Positions 39,981-46,674 of a DNA stretch of 46,674 nucleotides are shown here, piece after piece. The stretch is from contig JBGAWZ010000001.1 of NCBI GenBank assembly GCA_044227335.1, positions 1 to 46,674 on the forward strand, read 5' to 3'. Under the pieces are notes generated by a model that searched no databases, was not told the origin of the DNA, and saw only the letters and a program-made list of their open reading frames with translations. Within the stretch, counting starts at the first letter, position 1, and each line of letters begins with the position of its first letter. The position numbers and the translations under genes were made by a program. The stretch comes from Candidatus Zixiibacteriota bacterium. GTDB lineage: Bacteria; Zixibacteria; MSB-5A5; GN15; FEB-12.

Positions 39981-40390
39981 TAAACCTCCACTATCTCCAT
40001 GTGAGGAAGGTCGTCAAACTTATTGTCTTTTAGTCCAGTGTCACTATTCCAATCACCGCCCCAACGTAGCTTGACCCCCTGATGAAATGCCTCGGTCATC
40101 ATAAATCCGGCCAAGTAGGTCATCCTCTCTCGGTCATTCCAGTCGATAAACTCTTTCCCGCCGACGTGTTCATAGGGCACAATATCAACGGCCATACTTG
40201 GGAGTGAGTTGTGTTTACCGGTCGGCCAAGGGGTCTGCGACTTTCCCTCTGAAACCGCCGCGTCCTGTTCCTCTTTTGTCCGGTGTCCGCATATGACTTT
40301 AAGCGGAAACCGTTCCTCTACCGCCATAACAATATTGATAAGTCGGGGATCACATGAGGCGAGTCTGGCAAGTGATTTACTGTCGAGCAT
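39980..40390 (-). CDS. Endolysin, peptidase M15 (VanY / L-alanyl-D-glutamate peptidase-like)
   Basis: Zn-ligand pattern GHR...AVDI...DLPHME, 136 aa, no signal peptide. Confidence 0.75.
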   Translation of the reverse strand: MLDSKSLARLASCDPRLINIVMAVEERFPLKVICGHRTKEEQDAAVSEGKSQTPWPTGKHNSLPSMAVDIVPYEHVGGKEFIDWNDRERMTYLAGFMMTEAFHQGVKLRWGGDWNSDTGLKDNKFDDLPHMEIVEV

Positions 40391-40397
40391 ATTTCAC

Positions 40398-41255
40398 CTA
40401 CCATGTGAGACGATAGTTCGATTGATCCGGTACACTTACATCTCTTGTGATTGCTGAAACCGAACCAGTCCCGATAGAGAGCTTGTACTTGGCCCCCGCG
40501 AAACAGGATGACCACTTGAGTTCTATTGAGAAATACCCGTTGGCCCCCGATACGCATTTCTTTGACCGGGTAATCAGGATCGTCGAGTCGCAAATATCGT
40601 TTACCTTTTCCGGCAGTGTGAAGGTCAATTCAATGTCTGCCGTTTGAAGATTCTTTGACACATCCCCAAGATACCCCCAGACCACACAGGTTTTCGGTGC
40701 TCCGGGGATGACCGAGGTAGAGGACAGGGAATCCCAACTTAGTTGATTGGCGAATGAGACCGGGTAGGTTTCGCCGTCGTAGTAAATGTCAAAGACTGTC
40801 TTGTACTGGGTGTCTCTTTTGGCGATTTGGTAATACGCTCCCACATCGAGGGCTTGAATCGCGCCGAGATTCGTGGTTGTGACAAGCGTCCCGTTCTCCC
40901 AATACTTGCCGATGATAGAATCTACGTCATCCGTGAAATAAGCGACAGTCGGCCAATTCACAGAGAGCTTACTTACCAACAGGTTGTAATCTTCCCGATA
41001 GCTCGTCCACCGTGAGCCGTTGAACTTGTAGAGGAAAAGTATCTGCAACAGAGAATCAGACCCGATCTCATAGGTCGTGTCTATCCCACTGAAACTTGTC
41101 TTGATGATCGAATCGTCAACAGACCCGTCAACGAGCCGGTATATGATACAGGAGTCGTAGACCTGTCCGAGATTCAGATGGACGGGGTAGGTCGCCGCGC
41201 CCGCGATAGACCATATTCCCGACATCAGGAAAATGGTCAATAGCAATCGTTTCAT
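40398..41255 (-). CDS. 285-aa signal-peptide protein, beta-sandwich-like (C-terminal CarboxypepD_reg-like pattern)
   Basis: N-terminus MKRLLLTIFLMSGIWSIAGAATYP. The C-terminal pattern VVWGYL...ELTFTL...ANGYFSIEL..GAKYKLSI is seen by eye. Confidence 0.45.
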   Translation of the reverse strand: MKRLLLTIFLMSGIWSIAGAATYPVHLNLGQVYDSCIIYRLVDGSVDDSIIKTSFSGIDTTYEIGSDSLLQILFLYKFNGSRWTSYREDYNLLVSKLSVNWPTVAYFTDDVDSIIGKYWENGTLVTTTNLGAIQALDVGAYYQIAKRDTQYKTVFDIYYDGETYPVSFANQLSWDSLSSTSVIPGAPKTCVVWGYLGDVSKNLQTADIELTFTLPEKVNDICDSTILITRSKKCVSGANGYFSIELKWSSCFAGAKYKLSIGTGSVSAITRDVSVPDQSNYRLTW

Positions 41256-41623
41256 TTTTTCGCCTCAACTATCAGTGATTTCAAAGTGATCGTCTGATCG
41301 ACCGGAGATTCTGTTTCGGATAGATTCATCCTGAGAAAAGCGGACAGAGACGCTAAGTCGTTTCTTGTGAGAGTGACAGTTACATCCCCGATCTTCACTA
41401 CCCTTTTGGCCGCGTAGATGGTGTCTGATTCGGTGATCTTTATCTCCGTGATCTTCTGTAACCCGTTGCCAAGATCAACCCGCGCTGTATCCGCTTTGAT
41501 GATTCTGAGTTGTTCGACATAGAGTAGCGTCGAATCTTTGGGGGCCGGATTCGGTAGAATCTTCCCGGCCTGAGCTACGTTGATGAATACCAGAATGAGA
41601 ATTGCGCTGACTACTGACTTCAC
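41252..41623 (-). CDS. 123-aa signal-peptide protein
   Basis: GTG start preceded by TAAGGAG. N-terminus MKSVVSAILILVFINVAQAGK. Confidence 0.5.
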   Translation of the reverse strand: MKSVVSAILILVFINVAQAGKILPNPAPKDSTLLYVEQLRIIKADTARVDLGNGLQKITEIKITESDTIYAAKRVVKIGDVTVTLTRNDLASLSAFLRMNLSETESPVDQTITLKSLIVEAKK

Positions 41624-41687
41624 GATAAACTCCTTAGTTTGGGGTTGCCTAAAGAAAAGGATTTGTTTTTTGACAGGTCAAGGGAAA

Positions 41688-44600
41688 TCACGGTTTCACC
41701 TTACCTGTGACTTTGATCTTACCCCTGTAGCTCCGGCTGTAAGTGACTCCACAATCGTCGTCTGTGATCGTACCCGTTCCGGTGGGGTCAATGATGGTCA
41801 GCGTGGCGGGGGAGACACCTGTTATTGATACCGTGAACGCCCGACTTGCCTGACACCCGCTCCGGTTGGTTGTCGGGACTGTGACGGTCGTTGACGTTGA
41901 GCCAATCGGGATAGACTTGCTCCCGCTTGTGGCGGTGTAGTCCGTTCCACTAAGAGCCGTCCCGTTGGCTGTTGAGTAGTTGAACGTGGTCAATACCGCT
42001 TGGGCGGCAGACAGCGTAACCGTGAAGGTAGCCGTACCACCCTCAGTTACTGTGGCGTCACCGATAGAGATTGTGCCAGTAGATGATTGGTTGAACCCCG
42101 CGTTGGCGAGTATCGTGTCTTGTGAAAATACCCGCGCCTGACCGTTGGCGAGAGTGAACGTTGACCCGCCAGACAATGCCGATGGTTTCCAGAAAGCATT
42201 GTAGTTTTGTGGTCCCAGCCCCGCCGAGTCGGCAAAGTTATCAATTAACTCGTACCACGTTCCCGTAGGAAGGGTGACGTTGATATTTGTGGTCGCTCCG
42301 TATATGCCAGCCCCGAATCCACCATACGGAAACCGCATAGCAACAAAGGTTAGGGGTGTACCCGGAGTATTCGGATTATCAAATGTCGCCTTCCATACTT
42401 TATAGGTAGTTCCGCTTCCATCCGTCCCGGTTTGCGACGTATCTCTCGTGTTGTTTGGGACACCGAAGTATTTCCCCCAAGCGTCCGACCACAGAAAATC
42501 AGAGTCCGATAGTTTCGTTACCGTCGAACAAACCCACGATCTTGACGATCCGAAGTTATGATAAAAGTCGTTTGCGTCCTGTGAATACTGTCCCGACTGC
42601 CAACGGGGGAACATCCATAACTGCGATCCATTGGTTCGGGAAAACTCACACATGAGCATCGCACCGAGATAATTCATCTTTTGGCGGTTGATACTTAGGT
42701 GGGCAACGCAGAAACTATCCACCCATCCAACGGGGTAATAACCAAGCACGAGGTTGACCGCGCTATCCTTTAGCGCATAGGCCAACGACGGGAAATACTT
42801 GAGTGCGGAATAGGAATATGAGTAGAAGTTAGACATAGTTTCGTTCAGCATTGAGCCGCGATATACGACCGTTGCGTGCCTACCCTCCACCTTAAACCCG
42901 GAATCAAGTTGTGATGCCTGAAGCCCCCACCAAGAAGCTCCGTTTGGAATCAATATCTTGTTATTCGCGGCCATCGAATCGGAGAGCGTTTTCCCCCATT
43001 TATTCGCCCGCCAAGACACTTGAGAGTCGGGCATATTGGCGATGTTAATTCCAGTGAACGGAACAACAATAGAATCGCGTCCAACCGTCCATTCGCTTGC
43101 GGCGTATGGTTGGAATCCTGCGTTATTAGGGAATAAACCAGTCAGCCGCGTTTCTTCATCCATCATTATTCCGTCCAGCCCCGTACTTGTCATACCAGAC
43201 TTGAACCGACTATACAAATAGGAGCCGAACTGCCAGCGTCGAGCGTCAAATAGGTATCGCAAGTGTATAGACGCCGTGCTTCCCATGTACATTCTGATAA
43301 ACTTGTTTCCGCCCGGAGTGGTATACGGAGCACCATCCGCCGTCCCGGTATTCCCTATAACAATAGCGGAATCCGCCACTTGTGGACCAGTACGAAGAAA
43401 CATGGAATCTACAGGGATACCACTTGATGTAGAAAACGCCGCTATATTCGCGGAATCTGTTCCAGCGCGGGAGTATAAATCGTATCCGATAACTTTTAGG
43501 TTGGGGTTAATCCCCTTCATGTATGATACACCAGACGCATCAGCACAGGTTGTGACGATCATCGAGTATCGGTTAGCAAACCAATCCCTCATCGCTGGCA
43601 CATAGCCCCCAAAATTACATGACCAGATCGGGGCATAGTAAGCGAGGACGCCAATACGTAATTGTTTTGAACGTGGGGCGGGGTTGGTGCCACTCGGAGC
43701 CGTACAGTCTGAACAGGTCGTGGTCCCGTTCCCCTGATATACTCCACTCAATTCTGTACACTGTGCTTCGGTAACAACCGCACAAGTATAGTTATAACAA
43801 CACGCTCCCGTAGGTGTACTTGGCGCACCGCCACAGGTTCCGGTTGTGTAGGATTGGTAGTAGCCAATGTCAAACGGGGCTTTCGATGCTTGGGCTGATC
43901 CGTATACCCCGATAGCGTAGGTGGAGTCACCACAGTTGACAAGGGGTGAGGCCGCGTCGAGTCTGAAATCACCTGCCGCAGAGTCTACGAATCCGAACGC
44001 TGTTTGATCGTGCTTGTTGCTATCGAGTCGTGAGTACGGATAGGTCGCCGATGATGTCCCGTAGTAGTAGCAACTATCGAAAGCGTTCTTCTTGAACTCT
44101 GCAAAGTTGACCGTCACCGTCTGAGTCGATGTCGTACCAAAGATCATTTCCGCCCGATTGAATCCGGTGTTGTTACCGATCAGTATGTTGCCAACCATCT
44201 TGACGCCATTGTACGTCATGTTGCCAACTGCCGTATGCTCAAACCCGACAGCAGACGCGGCGGGAGAACCACCATACTCGGCGTTGATCGTGTTGTAATA
44301 TAGATAGGCGTGAGGCGGGGGAGTCGTACTCGGATAGAACGTAATCGCCGACCGACCACCACCAGAGATAAATCTTATGTCGTTATTGCGGATCGTCCAT
44401 CCAGTGTCTCCCGCATGAAGGATAATCCACTCGTGAGTTGTGGTCGTTCCGTAACCGTAGCAGGAGTCGATCAGTCCGCTAATGTCTGCGGAGCTTGCCG
44501 TTGCGATGGTGAATCCAAAGCCGGTAATCGTACAGTGTTTGATCTGCACATAGTCGCCACCGATCAGAATACCGTAGGAGTTCGCGCCGAATGACACGCT

Positions 44601-45473
44601 GTTTAGTTCTTGAATTGTGCAACCCTGAATGACGGTAGAGTCCTGATTGTTGATGTAGATACCTTTTTGGTCGCCCTCGCTCCCGCCGTTAGCGTCGATA
44701 GTGATTGTTGACGCCCATACCGTATCTTTTATGCCACCAGAAATCAGTACCGCGCCGTTGTTGTTGATGACTGGTAGATTGAACGTACACTGGTCAACCT
44801 TATGCCCCGTCACGCTAATAAATGCCACGTTTGAGGTATCAAAGAAGCACTTGTAAATTGTCGTGGTAGATGCGGCGCGGCCACTGGCGTTAAACTCCAC
44901 GCCGCCGGTAAATGCCGCCCGTATGAATCCCTTGAACCGTACACCCGAAAGCGTGATAGCCGCCGTTGTGTTGCCAACGTAGAATCTACCATACCCGTTC
45001 GTGGCTGGTTGATACATATATATCTGAGCCGCGTTCGCGGGGTTGGTTACGTTGACACTGATCGAAACCGTTGAGTTTGGCCCCGGCTCTACGTCATAAG
45101 TAAATCCCGCGTCATGCTTGAGATAGAGGTATGACGTTGCCGCCATTGTGAGCGTACCACCGTTACTTGAACTGAACGGAGCCGACGCCCTGTTGCCCAA
45201 GACAACCGCGTTACACATAAGACCCATACCCGCCGTGAACGCGAGTGTGCCAGTGGATCGCACAAAGATCATGCGAACAATCGGAGTCGTGATCGAATTG
45301 GCCGCGTCAACGGTAAGTGTATGTCCCGCCGCTACGATTATCGTATCGTTGACACCAAACGACAGGGCTGAGAGATTCCCCGATCCTGACGTGGTAACAG
45401 TCGTCGCCCCCGCCGGTATCGTTATACAGATAACCGACAGCAAAAGTATGGAAACTAATCGTATTTTTACCAT
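41688..45473 (-). CDS. About 1261-aa secreted multidomain protein: signal peptide, right-handed beta-helix, Cys-rich linker, TIM-barrel glycoside-hydrolase-like region, C-terminal Calx-beta domain (depolymerase/tailspike-like)
   Basis: Beta-helix repeats and terminal motif FVDSAAGDFRLDAASPLVNCGD. GLDGIMMDE-type block. Calx-beta at nt 41754..42077 (GDATVTEGGTATFTVTLS...GTALSGTDYTA...ITDDD). ATG 45473, with TTG 45479 as the alternative. Confidence 0.6.
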   Translation of the reverse strand: MVKIRLVSILLLSVICITIPAGATTVTTSGSGNLSALSFGVNDTIIVAAGHTLTVDAANSITTPIVRMIFVRSTGTLAFTAGMGLMCNAVVLGNRASAPFSSSNGGTLTMAATSYLYLKHDAGFTYDVEPGPNSTVSISVNVTNPANAAQIYMYQPATNGYGRFYVGNTTAAITLSGVRFKGFIRAAFTGGVEFNASGRAASTTTIYKCFFDTSNVAFISVTGHKVDQCTFNLPVINNNGAVLISGGIKDTVWASTITIDANGGSEGDQKGIYINNQDSTVIQGCTIQELNSVSFGANSYGILIGGDYVQIKHCTITGFGFTIATASSADISGLIDSCYGYGTTTTHEWIILHAGDTGWTIRNNDIRFISGGGRSAITFYPSTTPPPHAYLYYNTINAEYGGSPAASAVGFEHTAVGNMTYNGVKMVGNILIGNNTGFNRAEMIFGTTSTQTVTVNFAEFKKNAFDSCYYYGTSSATYPYSRLDSNKHDQTAFGFVDSAAGDFRLDAASPLVNCGDSTYAIGVYGSAQASKAPFDIGYYQSYTTGTCGGAPSTPTGACCYNYTCAVVTEAQCTELSGVYQGNGTTTCSDCTAPSGTNPAPRSKQLRIGVLAYYAPIWSCNFGGYVPAMRDWFANRYSMIVTTCADASGVSYMKGINPNLKVIGYDLYSRAGTDSANIAAFSTSSGIPVDSMFLRTGPQVADSAIVIGNTGTADGAPYTTPGGNKFIRMYMGSTASIHLRYLFDARRWQFGSYLYSRFKSGMTSTGLDGIMMDEETRLTGLFPNNAGFQPYAASEWTVGRDSIVVPFTGINIANMPDSQVSWRANKWGKTLSDSMAANNKILIPNGASWWGLQASQLDSGFKVEGRHATVVYRGSMLNETMSNFYSYSYSALKYFPSLAYALKDSAVNLVLGYYPVGWVDSFCVAHLSINRQKMNYLGAMLMCEFSRTNGSQLWMFPRWQSGQYSQDANDFYHNFGSSRSWVCSTVTKLSDSDFLWSDAWGKYFGVPNNTRDTSQTGTDGSGTTYKVWKATFDNPNTPGTPLTFVAMRFPYGGFGAGIYGATTNINVTLPTGTWYELIDNFADSAGLGPQNYNAFWKPSALSGGSTFTLANGQARVFSQDTILANAGFNQSSTGTISIGDATVTEGGTATFTVTLSAAQAVLTTFNYSTANGTALSGTDYTATSGSKSIPIGSTSTTVTVPTTNRSGCQASRAFTVSITGVSPATLTIIDPTGTGTITDDDCGVTYSRSYRGKIKVTGKVKP

Positions 45474-46240
45474 CTCCAATTATCTTTCTGTCGGTAGAAC
45501 AGTTTTTCGGGTGCGCGTAATGTCGTAGTGTGCAATGTTGCAGATCGAATCACCACGTTTGGTGTAGCAGAGGGTGAACCACCACCGCCTGCCGTGTAGC
45601 TTATCCAGAGAGAGTCATAGGACGTTCCGGCTGTTGGGAAATCCATACCCCTCGTCGCTCGATTCGACGGACTTCCAGATACTCCTATTGTCATCATTGT
45701 AATGTTGTTTCCACTCGTCCATCCCGCCCTGTCAATAATCTCTTGTAAGACTGTTTTGGTATGGGCGTATGGCAATTTGTATTTTGTCCCCGCAACCCAC
45801 GACGTTGTGGTGCTTATCCATGCCGTATCTCTTGCTGTCGTAGCGGACGCCCATGCAGACCGAAAGCCTGAAGTGTCAACTACTTGGACGCCATTATCAG
45901 CGTCGTAGGCGGCAATCGCAACGATAAACGAATCCGACGAGTTTGCTCCCGACTTCACCCAATACTCAACCGAGTCAATAGTTGACCCCTGTGGGATGTC
46001 AATGGCAGTGAACCTCGTTGATTTTGCATAGAACCACGCACCCGTCATCCCAAGATATAGTAGCTGAGTTGTGGAGTCCGGGTTCGCACCACCAAGCCAC
46101 GCACCAGTGAATGTCGCATTCGCATTTGCCGCCCCATTCCAGTCATCAGAACTTGCGCTTGGCTTTCCAGTTTCAACCGTACCCCACGCTGATCCCGCCA
46201 TGATGGCGAGATATATGGCGAGATATATGATCCGCTTCAT
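45467..46240 (-). CDS. 257-aa signal-peptide protein, DNRLRE-like/CBM-like pattern
   Basis: True start ATG 46240 (TAATG overlap, AGGAGA SD). N-terminus MKRIIYLAIYLAIMAGSAWGTVE. Confidence 0.5.
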   Translation of the reverse strand: MKRIIYLAIYLAIMAGSAWGTVETGKPSASSDDWNGAANANATFTGAWLGGANPDSTTQLLYLGMTGAWFYAKSTRFTAIDIPQGSTIDSVEYWVKSGANSSDSFIVAIAAYDADNGVQVVDTSGFRSAWASATTARDTAWISTTTSWVAGTKYKLPYAHTKTVLQEIIDRAGWTSGNNITMMTIGVSGSPSNRATRGMDFPTAGTSYDSLWISYTAGGGGSPSATPNVVIRSATLHTTTLRAPEKLFYRQKDNWRW

Positions 46241-46674
46241 TAGTATCTCCTCATGTTGAGATAGGCCCACTCACACCTGACTCGTTTAGCTGATGTCGCC
46301 GTAACCTGTGTCTCAAACCAAAGCATAACCGTCACTACGTCACCGGGGACAATTTGCCTGTCTGTGAAGTTCACCGAATCCTCGGTTGGTGTAAGCGAAT
46401 ACGTCTTACCAATGAACACCGAATCAACCTGAGTACGGTTGACATAAAGTAGCGCGTAGTTCGGGTACATGATCTTCGATGTATCGGTTGACCCTGTACC
46501 CGCGAGTGAATCGGATGCGTATTTCCATTTGAAGGATAACAGCGTATCATTCTCGGTGGCGTTCCACGTTAGGTTGAGCGGTGAATGGCTATCGCCGACC
46601 GAATCAACAAGGTGAAAGAGTTCAGACTTGTATGCGTTATTGGGCCATGTTGCGGACGTATCACACATATTCCA
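46240..46674 (-). CDS. C-terminal part of the fibre-like protein whose N-terminal part is 1..2219 (split only by linearisation of the circle)
   Basis: The frame stays open to the window end, and the last 140 nt duplicate 1..140. Confidence 0.7.
   Translation of the reverse strand, partial: WNMCDTSATWPNNAYKSELFHLVDSVGDSHSPLNLTWNATENDTLLSFKWKYASDSLAGTGSTDTSKIMYPNYALLYVNRTQVDSVFIGKTYSLTPTEDSVNFTDRQIVPGDVVTVMLWFETQVTATSAKRVRCEWAYLNMRRY
46535..46674. repeat. Terminal direct repeat, copy 2 (identical to 1..140)
   Basis: Direct comparison of the two window ends. Confidence 0.95.

Noticed and set aside
40318-40593. Minus-strand ORF 40318..40593 (91 aa), along with other nested minus-strand ORFs (3343..3558, 9054..9260, 12174..12380, 16362..16565 and others)
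   Set aside because: They lie out of frame within longer genes that have recognisable motifs or coupling, and they have no independent support.
2279-46259. All plus-strand ORFs in the track (for example 4818..5564, 30372..31013, 32853..33539, 34444..34980)
   Set aside because: Each lies antisense to a longer, well-supported minus-strand gene. They lack ribosome-binding sites and have Arg/Ser/Pro-rich shadow-ORF composition. No plus-strand promoter or terminator context was seen.

Overview
The window is a complete, circularly closed genome of a tailed phage. Bases 1-140 are identical to 46535-46674, so the unique length is about 46,534 bp. Every credible gene is on the minus strand. The plus-strand ORFs in the track look like shadow ORFs. 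Most genes are tightly packed, with ATGA/GTGA/TAATG start-stop overlaps and strong Shine-Dalgarno sites.

Gene order read along the minus strand:
- Early/replication module (about 39.7 kb down to 23.2 kb): metallophosphoesterase, small membrane proteins, an outer-membrane beta-barrel moron with its own terminator, and an RHH regulator behind a promoter/operator. These are followed by a DUF1351-like protein, an ERF recombinase, an HNH endonuclease and a swarm of small zinc-ribbon proteins. The module ends with a DnaB-like helicase, a replisome organizer and two tandem beta-class DNA methyltransferases.
- A stand-alone tRNA-Pro(UGG) unit.
- Packaging and head genes: TerS, TerL, portal, scaffold, HK97-like major capsid protein.
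- Podovirus-like tail and ejection genes: adaptor-like proteins, an 859-aa propeller-like protein, and three internal/ejection proteins including a 1295-aa giant.
- Three small membrane proteins.
- A block of large fibre/depolymerase-like proteins that crosses the circular junction.
- An M15-type endolysin.

I saw no integrase, DNA polymerase, RNA polymerase, reverse transcriptase or CRISPR array.

The most unusual feature is that nine late-region proteins in structural-gene positions, plus the OMP moron, begin with classical Sec-type signal peptides. Other notable features:
- a conserved direct-repeat/hairpin leader shared by the capsid and fibre genes;
- repeated gene-junction sequences in the early region;
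- a paralogous adaptor-like domain fused to a 20-aa tandem-repeat fibre;
- a giant beta-helix / GH-like / Calx-beta secreted protein.

All functional calls come from reading motifs by eye. No database search was run.
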